From Armatimonadota bacterium (GTDB lineage Bacteria; Armatimonadota; SYMT01), in NCBI GenBank assembly GCA_046292385.1, contig JBKBRF010000024.1, positions 1 through 64,000 of the forward strand: DNA of 64,000 bases, given 5' to 3'. How positions within the stretch are numbered: position 1 is the stretch's first letter; each line of letters begins with the position of its first letter. Of the stretch, positions 9,856 through 19,384 are shown piece after piece. Made by a program: the position numbers and the translations under genes. A model generated the notes under the pieces. The model made no database searches. It was not told the DNA's origin and worked only from the letters and a program-made list of their open reading frames with translations.

Positions 9856-12060
9856 ATGAATAAGAAGTGGGCACTCTGGGCAGGCGCGGCCCTTGCGGCC
9901 GGTGCGCTTCTGCCGAGTGCAGCCCGGGCTCAGGGGGGCGCCTTCGCGGACGTCCCGATGAACCACTGGGCGTATGACGCCGTGAACCAGCTTGCCGAAA
10001 AGGGTATCTTTACCGGTTATCCGGATGGTACCTTCGCCGGCCGGCGCGCCCTCACTCGCTACGAGTTCGCCATCGCCCTCCAGCGCATGCTCGCTGAAGT
10101 GCAGCGGATGATCGACGCCGCCAAGCTGCAGGGTCCCAAGGGCGACCCGGGTCCGGCCGGCGCGCGGGGACCGGCCGGCGAGCGCGGTCCGATCGGACCT
10201 CCGGGACAGCCCGGGCCTCGGGGCGAGGGCGTCAACCCGGCCGAGCTGGAGCGGATCAACCGCGAGCTCGGACTGCTCCGCTCGGACGTGACCAACCTGC
10301 AGAACCTGGCGAAGGAGTTCAGCGCTGAGCTGGCGATGCTGGGTGCGGACCTGGAGCAGGCCAAGCGGAACATCGCCGCGCTCAACGAGCGCGTCGGCCG
10401 CGTGGAAGCGACGATCGCCCGGATGCCGAAGATCACCGGCACGGTGAACATCGGCGCCCGCGCCGCCTCCGTGACCACGGATGGCGCGGCGGCCGGCGGC
10501 GTGCTGGGCGGCGCCCTGCCCAAGGGTGCCGGCAACCAGGGCTTCAAGAACATCGCCGAGGGTCTGCTCGGCGGCGTGGCGGGTGCCGGCGGCGGCAACT
10601 TCGTACCGGGCCTCGTGGACCGGGACGGCCGTCTCCTCAACCCGAGCAGCAACCTGCTGGAGCCGGTCAATGTCTTCTACGACATCGACCTCGGCATCAC
10701 CGCGCCGATCAGCGACCTCGCCACGGCCCGCCTGCTCCTGAACGCCGGTAACTACCTGCGCGGCTACCTCGGTAACCGCATCAGCCAGGTGAACCCGTTC
10801 ATCGACGGCGGCGCGGAAGGCGCGAACGGTCTCCCCACCTTCACGGTGGAGGACGTGGTTCCCTACTACCTCTACATCGAGACCCCGGTCAGCCTCTTTG
10901 GGGCGGACACGCAGGTCACGGTGGGTAAGTTCGGGCACCAGTTCACCCCCTACACCCTGAAGATGGTCGATGTAGACAGCTACTTCTACAACGACAAGAC
11001 CGACCTGGGTGACTACCCGATCGCGGGTGCCCGGGCGAACTTCGACGCTCTCGGCCTGAACTGGAGCGCCTACGCCGGTGTCCACGACACCGACTACGCG
11101 CAGCTCACCAGCACCGCGGGCTTCGTGGTGCCGGGCCTCTACGTGTCCGGCAACGTCACCGGCTTCCCGGTGCCGATCAGCATCGGCGACATCGCCCGCT
11201 TCCAGCCGCAGGGCAGCTGGGGCCCGGCCGCCATCGCGGCGACCGGCGCTCTCCCCGGCTCCTCGCTGCTCGAGCAGAGCGCGGGTATCCGGGCGACCTA
11301 CGCCGGCAAGCGGTTCCAGCTCGGTGGCACCTACCTCGCAGCGGCGGCCAGCATCTCCAACGACCCGACTTTCGCGGTCGAGGATGCGTTCCGGCAGCTC
11401 CACGTGATGGGTGCCGACCTGAACTTCAAGCTCTTCGGCAACGTCGGCATCAGCGCCGCCGTGACGCAGAGCGAGTGGGACGGCCAGTTCACCGGCAACA
11501 CCCAGAAGTTCTTCGGTCTGGGTGAGAACGATCGCCGCGCGTGGGACATCCGCGCCGGGCTCCCGATCGGCCGCGGCCACGTCGCCGGTTACTACAAGAA
11601 GATCGGCGAGGGCTTCGACTCTCCCGGTTACTGGGGCCGGCTGGGCAACTGGATCAACCCGCGCGGTATCGAGGGTTGGGGTGGAACGGTCGAGTACCCG
11701 CTGAGCAGCCGCCTGGCTCTCTCCCTGGAAGGCGCGAAGTACAACTACAACGCGTTCAACCGGGCGGGCGTGCCGAGCAGCGACCTCACCTACGCTCGCG
11801 CCGGACTGCGCTTCCCGCTCACCAGTGCCAACAGCATCGACTTCGGTGTTGAGTACGTGGATTACGATCCCGACGCGGCGGGTGGCGTGAATCGCACCGA
11901 GCGGTACTACAACGTGGGCTGGACGCATCAGTTCAATCCGAACATGAGCTTCCGCCTCCTCTACCAGCTCATGAACGTGAGCAGCGCCGGCCAGTTCGAG
12001 CTCCCGGGCTTCGACTACGAGGCGCACATCATCGCCACCCAGTTCCAGGTCCGGTTCTAA
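9856..12060 (+). CDS. SLH-domain outer-membrane protein (OmpM-like: SLH, collagen G-X-Y, coiled coil, beta-barrel)
   Basis: Signal peptide; SLH motif FADVPMNHWAYDAV...GYPDGTF...TRYEFA; 11 G-X-Y triplets; LAKEFSAEL coiled coil; terminal QFQVRF; GGAGG RBS. Confidence 0.88.
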   Translation: MNKKWALWAGAALAAGALLPSAARAQGGAFADVPMNHWAYDAVNQLAEKGIFTGYPDGTFAGRRALTRYEFAIALQRMLAEVQRMIDAAKLQGPKGDPGPAGARGPAGERGPIGPPGQPGPRGEGVNPAELERINRELGLLRSDVTNLQNLAKEFSAELAMLGADLEQAKRNIAALNERVGRVEATIARMPKITGTVNIGARAASVTTDGAAAGGVLGGALPKGAGNQGFKNIAEGLLGGVAGAGGGNFVPGLVDRDGRLLNPSSNLLEPVNVFYDIDLGITAPISDLATARLLLNAGNYLRGYLGNRISQVNPFIDGGAEGANGLPTFTVEDVVPYYLYIETPVSLFGADTQVTVGKFGHQFTPYTLKMVDVDSYFYNDKTDLGDYPIAGARANFDALGLNWSAYAGVHDTDYAQLTSTAGFVVPGLYVSGNVTGFPVPISIGDIARFQPQGSWGPAAIAATGALPGSSLLEQSAGIRATYAGKRFQLGGTYLAAAASISNDPTFAVEDAFRQLHVMGADLNFKLFGNVGISAAVTQSEWDGQFTGNTQKFFGLGENDRRAWDIRAGLPIGRGHVAGYYKKIGEGFDSPGYWGRLGNWINPRGIEGWGGTVEYPLSSRLALSLEGAKYNYNAFNRAGVPSSDLTYARAGLRFPLTSANSIDFGVEYVDYDPDAAGGVNRTERYYNVGWTHQFNPNMSFRLLYQLMNVSSAGQFELPGFDYEAHIIATQFQVRF

Positions 12061-12087
12061 CCGGCACCGCCCAACTTGGGTAGACGA

Positions 12088-12120
12088 TTGGCCCCCGGGA
12101 AACCGGGGGCCAACTTTCTT
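12088..12120 (+). terminator. intrinsic terminator
   Basis: TTGGCCCCCGG-gaaa-CCGGGGGCCAA followed by CTTTCTT. Confidence 0.75.
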
Positions 12121-12182
12121 GGTCTGGGGGCCGGCGCGGTGTGGACCGACTTTTCCGAATGAGAACCCCTGCGCCGTGTGTA

Positions 12183-12223
12183 GCTACCGGGCGGTTGAAA
12201 CCGCGGCAACCACTGCACGAAGT
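12183..12223 (+). repeat. REP-like palindromic element; inverted copy at 29388-29428
   Basis: 40/41 identity to the reverse complement of 29388-29428; core hairpin GCGGTT-ga-AACCGC; GTAG at 12180-12183. Confidence 0.8.
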
Positions 12224-12381
12224 TTTATCCCCCGGACGGGGGACCGCCTCCGCGGACTGAGAAGGTCCGGTCGGGATTACGCCTCCATCATTCTTCCCAT
12301 CCACTTCTCCTAATCAGCCCATTCCATACCTGAGCTCCAAGCTGACCCATTGTTCCTGAATCAATCTCCCCGGAGTCTGCT

Positions 12382-14139
12382 GTGAAGACCGCGCACGTTG
12401 TCTCGCCCGTTCTGCTTGCTACGCTCCTGGCCGTGCCCGCCGCCGCGGAAGAGGCTGGTGCGCCGGAGCCGCCGTCCCCGCCCGCACCCGCGGCACAGAC
12501 GGAGCCGGCGGCGCCCGCAGCCGCTCAGCCCCCTGCGGAGCAGCCGCCCGCGGAGCAGCCGCCCGTGGAGCAGCCGCCCGTGGAGCAGCCGGAGACTCCG
12601 GCCGGGCCGCAGGAGCTGACGATCGGGTCGGTCACCATCTCCGGGCAGGAGTTCAATACCGACCCGCAGACCGGCCAGACGATCGTCACCGGCGATCCGA
12701 AGGCGGTGAGCGGGAGCGACGTGATCACGGCGACCCGCATCATCATCTCGCCGCCCTCCCAGTTCATCGCGGAAGGGAACGTGGTGATCCACCGGAACGG
12801 CCAGGTGATCAAGTCGCAGCGGCTGGTCTACAACTTCGCCACGCGGGAGGGGCAGGCGGAAGACTCCGATACCGTCTTCAACCAGTACTACCTCGACGCG
12901 AACCAGGTCTTTCTCCGGCCGGGCGGCTCCTACCTGGGCCGCGGCGCGGCGGTGACCACCTGCGACCTGGACAACCCGCACTACCAGTTCCACGCCCGCA
13001 CCGTCACGATCTACCCGAACGACCGGATGATCCTGGAAGATATCGGGGTCGACCTGCTGGGCGTGCGGCTGGCGACGATTCCACGCTACGTGAAGTCGCT
13101 CCGGGAAGAGGATGAAGAGCGGCGCTCCTGGCTTCCGACCTTCGGCTACAACAGCCGGGACGGCCTCTACGCGCAGAAGGAGTTCGTCCTGCAGCGCACC
13201 GGGCGGCTCTGGCTGGACGCCGACGTGCGCCTGAACACCTCTCGGGAGCCCTCGCTCGGGCTGCTCGCCGCCACGCCCGGCGAGGTGCAGCTCGTCGGCG
13301 CCCTTTATTACCGGGACATCGCGGACAACCAGCGGGTGCGGTTCCTCCAGGTGAGCCGCCTGCCGGAGGTGGGCCTCGTCTGGACGCCGCGGGAGCGCCC
13401 CCGGACCGGCCGCTTCCTGGCCAACCAGGTCCCGGGCGTGCGCCGCTCCGAGCACCTCGACCTGAGCCGCGAGTGGATCCTCGGCGCGCAGCTTTCCGCC
13501 GGCTACTTCCAGCAGCACCGGGGCAGCAGCATCGTCCAGGACGACAGCGAGAGCAAAGACGGCTTCCGGGCCACCCTGCAGGCGCAGGGGATTCTGCCGC
13601 GGGTCAAGCTGGGACCGCTGGAGCTGAACGACCTGCGGCTGTTGGCGCGGCAGCACCTGTACGACACGGGGCAGGCCTACACGGTCTTCGGCACCGGCAT
13701 CGGCAAGCAGTGGCGCTTCGGCAACTGGCGCTTCCGCATCGACCGGTTCGACCAGTTCACCATGGGCTCCACGCCGTTCTTGTTCGACGACGTGGAGCTG
13801 CGACAGGAGTGGCGCCCGCAGATCACGTTCGAGACCCGCGGGTTCTACTTCGACTACTCCGCGCGCATCCGCGGCAAGAATGGGGAGCTGTTCGACCAGA
13901 TCTTTACGATCGGCAAGCTCTTCCACTGCATCGAGCCCCGGCTGACGTATCGGGTCCGCCGGAGCGAGATCGGCTTTCAGATCCGGATTCCCGGCCTCTT
14001 CGGCGGGGAGTCGACGGTCGGTGAGCCGCGGACTTCCGGCGTCGGCGATCCGAAGAGCCGCACCGAAGGGGCCGAGACCTCCCCCACGGAGCCCGGCCCC
14101 CAGAGCCTCGGCACCCTGCCGTTCTTCACCCGACGCTAA
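12382..14139 (+). CDS. lptD: LptD/OstA-like LPS-assembly protein
   Basis: Signal peptide; PPAEQ/PPVEQ linker; beta-taco motifs (AEGNVVI, LVYNFATREG, TTCDLDNPHY, PTFGYNSRDG); beta-rich C-terminus with HC near the end. Confidence 0.65.
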   Translation: MKTAHVVSPVLLATLLAVPAAAEEAGAPEPPSPPAPAAQTEPAAPAAAQPPAEQPPAEQPPVEQPPVEQPETPAGPQELTIGSVTISGQEFNTDPQTGQTIVTGDPKAVSGSDVITATRIIISPPSQFIAEGNVVIHRNGQVIKSQRLVYNFATREGQAEDSDTVFNQYYLDANQVFLRPGGSYLGRGAAVTTCDLDNPHYQFHARTVTIYPNDRMILEDIGVDLLGVRLATIPRYVKSLREEDEERRSWLPTFGYNSRDGLYAQKEFVLQRTGRLWLDADVRLNTSREPSLGLLAATPGEVQLVGALYYRDIADNQRVRFLQVSRLPEVGLVWTPRERPRTGRFLANQVPGVRRSEHLDLSREWILGAQLSAGYFQQHRGSSIVQDDSESKDGFRATLQAQGILPRVKLGPLELNDLRLLARQHLYDTGQAYTVFGTGIGKQWRFGNWRFRIDRFDQFTMGSTPFLFDDVELRQEWRPQITFETRGFYFDYSARIRGKNGELFDQIFTIGKLFHCIEPRLTYRVRRSEIGFQIRIPGLFGGESTVGEPRTSGVGDPKSRTEGAETSPTEPGPQSLGTLPFFTRR

Positions 14140-14147
14140 CTGCTCGA

Positions 14148-14285
14148 GGGAGAGACAGAGAGACGGAGCGACAGAGGGACAGAGGGACAGAGGGACAGAG
14201 GGATACCGAGCCGTCGGACTCGCGGAGCGGATGCTGCCATTCGCAGACAGCGCTCTCCGTCCCTCTGTCTCTCCATCTCTCTGTC
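14148..14285. repeat. 8-bp tandem repeat (GACAGAGG) with inverted partner
   Basis: gacagagg x4 at about 14170-14201 and complementary ctctccgtccctctgtctct at about 14253-14285. Confidence 0.75.
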
Positions 14286-14366
14286 GTTCCCGATAAGCGG
14301 CCCAGGCTCCGCACGAAAAAGTGGGAGCCTGGCAACCGTGCACTGGGTCTACAGGCGGGAGGTTCT

Positions 14367-16559
14367 ATGCTGCCGCTGCTGCTGCTCGCGTCTGTCGTCG
14401 CCCTGGGCGGCGAGGCTGGAGCGAGGGAGGGGGTTACGGCCCGCCCCCTGCTCGCTGCGGAACCACGTCCCGGACCGGCGCCCGTGCGGCCGGTCGGGTC
14501 GATCGTGTTGGGACGGCGCGGCCAGCGGGACTGGTTCGCGGCGGCCCCCGGCCGCGCGTGCTATCAGCTCGCGTGGCGAGACCTCCACCTCGGCTCGGAA
14601 TCGGTGCTCCTGGATGGTCGCCGCCTGCGCGAGGGCCGCGACTACCAGTTCGACGCCGCGCGCGGCACGGTGACGCTGCTCGCGCCGCCGGACCGGGAGC
14701 GGGTGCTGGAGGTGCGCTATCTCCGCCGCCCGGTCTTTTCCGAGCCGGCAGACCCGGTCCTCCGGGCGCCGGCCCTCGCAGCGCCGCGCTGGACCGAGAC
14801 GGAGGGACTGCGCCGCCGCCTCGCGGAGACGCTGGCCGCTGCCGACGCCTCCATCGGCGCTCCGGCCCCGTCCTCCGGCGTCGAATCGGCGGAGGCGCTC
14901 CGAGATCAGCTCTTGAGCGGGCTGCGCCAGACGGTGCTGCAGGAGGAGCTGCAGGGCGAGCCCGCTGAGAACGGCAGCTTTACGTATACCCGCAGCGACG
15001 CCCTGGAGCCGGGCGCGCTGGCGGACGAGCGGGAGGAGTTCCGCACCCAGCTCAACCTGCGACCGAATCCCGGCGGGCGACTGGTCTATTCCGACTACTA
15101 CTCCCGCGGCAGTCTCTTCTCGGACAGCTACGAGGAAGCCGAGCGCCGCAAGCTGCAGTTCGAGCAGAGCTGGGGGAAGTCGGAGGTCGGACTCCGCTGG
15201 GAGCGGCAGCGCACCGACGGCTACGGAGTGGCGAACGCGCTCGACGCGCTCTCCCTGAGCTTTACGCGGCAGTTCGGCCGCAGCTCCGCGGAGGGGCTGC
15301 TGGCGTACGAGAACTCGCTCTCTCGGGGCTGGTCGACCGAAAGCCTCTTCAGCCTGCGCCCGGCCTTCACGCCCTGGCTCAAGGGACACGCCGGCCTGTT
15401 CCACCAGTTCTCCGAGTACTCCGGGAGCACCCTGGAGAGTGCCGCCAGCCTGACCGTCTCTCCGGGGCCGGACACAGAGGCGACCGTGGGGATCCGCCAG
15501 TCCGATTCGGAGCTGTACGGCCGGTACGGACTGCTCTCCGGGCAGGTGACCACCACCGCCTCCGACTGGCTGGAGTTGACCGGAGAGGCCTCGCGCCGGG
15601 ATTCCGACCAGTTCGGCGCCGTCAACACCATCGGGCTGGGACTTGCCGCGCGGCCGACCCAGCGCACCCTGCTGGAAGCGGCCTTCTCCGAGAGCACCGG
15701 CGCCCAGCTGGGGCGCGAGCGCACCGAAACCTTGCGGCTGAGCGCGGACCCGGCCGCCTGGATCCGGCTCCAGCTCGGCTACGACCGGCTGCGCAGCGAC
15801 GACGAGGGGCTCTCCGAAAGCACGCTCTGGATGCTGACGCTCGGCGGCGAGCGGTACGTCCGCCTGGAGGGCTACGCGGGTCGCCACAGCCTTACGGAGG
15901 AGGAGCTCCTCACCGACGCACTCTACCGCCTGGAGATCCGCCCGTGGGAGCCGCTCGCCTTCTCCGGGTCGCTCCGCCAGGTGGAGGGCGACGAGCACGA
16001 GCAGTCGCTCGCCGGCATCGGCGCCTCCCTGCGGCTGCTGAGCATCCTCGACGTGAGCGCCGCCTTCCGTCGGCCGACCGACCTGCCGGAGGACCAGCCC
16101 GAGCTGGTGGGCCGGGACTTGAGCCTGAGCCTGACGCCGGTCTCCGGATTCCGGCTCTTCGGCCAGCACTCGCTGCGGCCCGAGGACTCCCGCGGGATGC
16201 TGCTGGACGAGGCCCACCACAGCTTCGGCCTGGAGACCCGGCTCGGGAGCTTCGCGCTGCAGGGGATGACCACCCGGATGCAGGGGCCGGTGGGCCTGGC
16301 CCCCGGGACGCGGCACGACCTGCTCGCCAGCCTGGAGCTCGGCAGCACCCGCCTCTTCGGCGGCCTGCGCCTGGAAGACACCGTCCCCAGCGACCCGTTC
16401 CGCCGCCGCGTCTACCGCTTCGGAATCGAGCAGTCCGCCGGCGACTCGTTCTTCCTGCTGCTCGAGGGACAGCTCGGCTGGGTCACCCAGGCCGGCGGCA
16501 GCAGCCTGCGAGACCCGAGCGACACCCGCGCCCAGGCCCGCCTGGGACTGCGGTTCTGA
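14367..16559 (+). CDS. exported beta-strand-rich protein, probable outer-membrane beta-barrel
   Basis: Signal peptide; EGRDY..D...GTVTL motif; alternating amphipathic strands; terminal LGLRF; GGAGG RBS. Confidence 0.7.
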   Translation: MLPLLLLASVVALGGEAGAREGVTARPLLAAEPRPGPAPVRPVGSIVLGRRGQRDWFAAAPGRACYQLAWRDLHLGSESVLLDGRRLREGRDYQFDAARGTVTLLAPPDRERVLEVRYLRRPVFSEPADPVLRAPALAAPRWTETEGLRRRLAETLAAADASIGAPAPSSGVESAEALRDQLLSGLRQTVLQEELQGEPAENGSFTYTRSDALEPGALADEREEFRTQLNLRPNPGGRLVYSDYYSRGSLFSDSYEEAERRKLQFEQSWGKSEVGLRWERQRTDGYGVANALDALSLSFTRQFGRSSAEGLLAYENSLSRGWSTESLFSLRPAFTPWLKGHAGLFHQFSEYSGSTLESAASLTVSPGPDTEATVGIRQSDSELYGRYGLLSGQVTTTASDWLELTGEASRRDSDQFGAVNTIGLGLAARPTQRTLLEAAFSESTGAQLGRERTETLRLSADPAAWIRLQLGYDRLRSDDEGLSESTLWMLTLGGERYVRLEGYAGRHSLTEEELLTDALYRLEIRPWEPLAFSGSLRQVEGDEHEQSLAGIGASLRLLSILDVSAAFRRPTDLPEDQPELVGRDLSLSLTPVSGFRLFGQHSLRPEDSRGMLLDEAHHSFGLETRLGSFALQGMTTRMQGPVGLAPGTRHDLLASLELGSTRLFGGLRLEDTVPSDPFRRRVYRFGIEQSAGDSFFLLLEGQLGWVTQAGGSSLRDPSDTRAQARLGLRF

Positions 16560-16571
16560 TTCCGAACCGGG

Positions 16572-16845
16572 ATTCACCGCAGAGACGCGGAGCACGCGGA
16601 GAGAACCCGAACCTGATTCACCGCCAAGACGCCAAGAACGCAAAGAGGAACCAGAAGGGAAACCCCCGGGGCCGCTGTACGGCACTCGAGACGCGCAGCA
16701 GGCCCATTCCTCTTGGCGAGCTTGGCGCACTTGGCGGTTAGTTCAGTTCGGATCCGGGCCCCGGTTCTCTCCGCGACCTCTGCGTCTCTGCGGTGAATCA
16801 GGTTCCGGTTCCTCTCGGTGCTCTCTATGCGCTCTGTGGTGAGAA
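16572..16845. repeat. nested palindromic 9-bp-unit repeats between convergent genes
   Basis: TTCACCGCAGAGACGC pairs with GCGTCTCTGCGGTGAA; ACCGCCAAG pairs with CTTGGCGGT. Confidence 0.75.
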
Positions 16846-16854
16846 GGCCTGGAT

Positions 16855-17775
16855 CTACTCCGCGGTGGGCTCCTGCTGGCTGGCGACGAGGGGCGGGCCT
16901 TCCTGGAGCAGGAGGTCGACGAAGGCGCGCTGGGGGCGGGAGAGGCTCTTGCCTTTGCGGTGGATGATGGCGAGCGGCCGGCGCAGCGGCACGTTGCCGA
17001 GCCGCACGGCGCGCAGGGTGCCGTTGCGGGCTTCCTGCCGCACGGAGAGCTGCGGCACCAGGGAGACGCCGAGGCCGACCTCCACCATCTTCTTCAGGAT
17101 CTCGATGTTGTCGCACTGCAGCCGGATCTCCGGGCGGACCGATTTTTGCGCCAGGATTCCGTCGATCGCTCGCCGCGTCGGAATCTCGCTCTGGAAGGCG
17201 ACGAACGGCTGCCCGTTCAGCTCCGACATCTCCACCGACTCCCGCGCCGCGAACGGGTGCTCCGGGTTGCAGATCAGCACCAGGTCGTCTTCCAGAAACG
17301 GGACGATCACCAGCCCGCTCCGCGCCTCCGGGTAAGCCACGAGGCCCAGGTCCGCCGTGCCGTCCGCCACGGAGTGGTAGACCTGGTCCGACTGCTGGTA
17401 CTCGATGTGCAGGTGGACCTCCGGGTAGCGGCGGATGAACTCCTTCAGCGGCGCGGGCAGCTCGTAGAGACCCACGCTGTGAATCGTGGCGAGCCGGATG
17501 CTCCCCAGCACCCGCTCCTGCCGCTCCTGAATCGTCGTCTTCAGGTCCTGCGTCTTCTCCAGTACCTCCCGCGCGTACTCGTAGACGATCCAGCCTTCCT
17601 CCGTCACCAGCACCTTGCGCGTGGTCCGCTCCAGCAGCTTGGTGCCCAGCTCGTCTTCCAGCTTCTGGATGCTCAGGCTCACCGCCGGCTGGGTGATGAA
17701 GTTCCGCTCCGCCACCTTGGTAAAGTTCTGCTCCCTTACCAGGTCCACGAAGAGCCGGAGCTGATCGAATTCCAT
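16855..17775 (-). CDS. LysR-family transcriptional regulator
   Basis: NFTKVAERNFITQPAVSLSIQKLEDELGTKLLER HTH plus substrate-binding domain. Confidence 0.93.
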   Translation of the reverse strand: MEFDQLRLFVDLVREQNFTKVAERNFITQPAVSLSIQKLEDELGTKLLERTTRKVLVTEEGWIVYEYAREVLEKTQDLKTTIQERQERVLGSIRLATIHSVGLYELPAPLKEFIRRYPEVHLHIEYQQSDQVYHSVADGTADLGLVAYPEARSGLVIVPFLEDDLVLICNPEHPFAARESVEMSELNGQPFVAFQSEIPTRRAIDGILAQKSVRPEIRLQCDNIEILKKMVEVGLGVSLVPQLSVRQEARNGTLRAVRLGNVPLRRPLAIIHRKGKSLSRPQRAFVDLLLQEGPPLVASQQEPTAE

Positions 17776-18356
17776 CGCCTCTCCCTCTCCCCCCGGCCAC
17801 GCTGATGGGGGCTTTCTATTTGCCCGCCTAATCAATCGCGAGCAACTGGTTACCGGGGCTTATTATAAGGCCTGCCGCGCTGGGGTGACAACCGGGCGGG
17901 GCCGGTGTTGCCGCAGCCGCGCGAGCAGGCATCCGGCGCCCACGGCGGGCGCGCCCGGTGTGAACTGTGCCACATCCGGCAAAACTCACCTCAAAAACCC
18001 CTCAAGAACCTGTAAGGGCCCGCCATAACTCTGGTTGGGAACGGTCAGGGACAACCGGCCGGGATCGAGACGAAAAAAAACTTCGAAAAACGATCTCAAA
18101 CTCGGAAGAACCTAAGGAACGATCCCTCTAGAGATTGAGCTCCCCAGCGGAGCGGGAGCCGGTGGTTCACACAACAGAGCCTTCCGCTCCGGATCAATAA
18201 GCAGTAACGAAAACAGGGCGAGGAGAGGTGGAGCCAGAGGCTTTCCTCGCGGGGCGGGTAGTAGTTTAAACCCGCCGAGCTCTGGCGATCTTCGCTCCGA
18301 TTTACACACCGCTCTCCGGTCCTAAACGGACCCTCGAACGAGAAGGAAGCACGCAA

Positions 18357-18728
18357 ATGACGTCTCGCATGTTCTCCAAGGTCCGCAAGGGTTTCACCCT
18401 CGTGGAAATCATGATCGTGGTGCTCATCATCGGTATCCTGCTGGCGATCGCGGTACCGAACTTCATCCGGGCTCGCGAGAGCTCCCGCACCAAGAGCTGC
18501 CAGAGCAACCTGAAGCAGATCGACAGTGCCAAGGAGCAGTACGCGATGGACAACAAGCTGAACGATGGCGAGGCGATCCCGGACGGTGCCCTGTGGACCG
18601 CGGGTGCCGGCGGTGAGCCTGCCTACATCAAGTCCGAGCCGGACTGTCCGAGCGACGGCGCCTACACCGTGGGCAACGTCGGCACGCCTCCGACCTGCGA
18701 TGGCGCGGCGTCCCACGTCCTGCCGTAA
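18357..18728 (+). CDS. type IV pilin (probable major pilin)
   Basis: Class III signal KG|FTLVEIMIVVLIIGILLAIAVP; C-terminal Cys; AAGGAAG RBS; own terminator. Confidence 0.9.
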   Translation: MTSRMFSKVRKGFTLVEIMIVVLIIGILLAIAVPNFIRARESSRTKSCQSNLKQIDSAKEQYAMDNKLNDGEAIPDGALWTAGAGGEPAYIKSEPDCPSDGAYTVGNVGTPPTCDGAASHVLP

Positions 18729-18754
18729 CGATCCCTCACAGGATCCAAGCTGTG

Positions 18755-18790
18755 AAGAGGGGGTGGCCTTCGGGCCACCCCCTTCTTTTC
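18755..18790 (+). terminator. intrinsic terminator
   Basis: GGGGGTGGCC-ttcg-GGCCACCCCC then TTCTTTT. Confidence 0.85.
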
Positions 18791-19003
18791 GTGCCTGCTG
18801 CGGGGTCGTCTCCAGGCCGGGAGCCGCAGCCGACGCGTGAGCTGAGGCGGTGGAATACTTCGGTGAGCGGGTGCGATCATCGGCCTGAAAACCCGCGAAA
18901 GAGCTTCAAAAAATGACTTCACAAAGCCGCGCCTGCGAGGAATAATCCGGGTGAACAAATACCCTGCTCGCGTAGTGTGCGTCTTGTAGATAAGGAACCT
19001 GTG

Positions 19004-19375
19004 ATGGCTTCGGAGCGTGGTTTCTTCCGCCGCGGATTCACGCTGGTGGAGATTATGATCGTGGTGCTGATCATCGGCATTCTACTCGCGATCGCCGTCC
19101 CGCAATTCTTCCAGGCGAGGGACAACGCGCGGGCCAAAACCTGCCAGCACAACCTCAAGCAGATCCTGGGAGCGAAGGAGCGGTGGGCCATGGAGACGAA
19201 CCAGGCCGCCGACGCCACGCCGACGTGGGACGACCTGGTCATCCCGGGCCGATTCCTGAACCGCCAGCCGGAGTGCCCGAGCGATGGCGACTACGAGATC
19301 AATCCGCTGGATGAAGTGCCGACCTGCTCCATCGGCGGGGTCCGCGGAGAGCGGGCCGCCCACGCGGTACCTTAG
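19004..19375 (+). CDS. type IV pilin-like protein (paralog of 18357)
   Basis: RG|FTLVEIMIVVLIIGILLAIAVP; CPSDG-Y motif shared with the upstream pilin. Confidence 0.88.
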   Translation: MASERGFFRRGFTLVEIMIVVLIIGILLAIAVPQFFQARDNARAKTCQHNLKQILGAKERWAMETNQAADATPTWDDLVIPGRFLNRQPECPSDGDYEINPLDEVPTCSIGGVRGERAAHAVP

Positions 19376-19384
19376 CGCAGGCGC

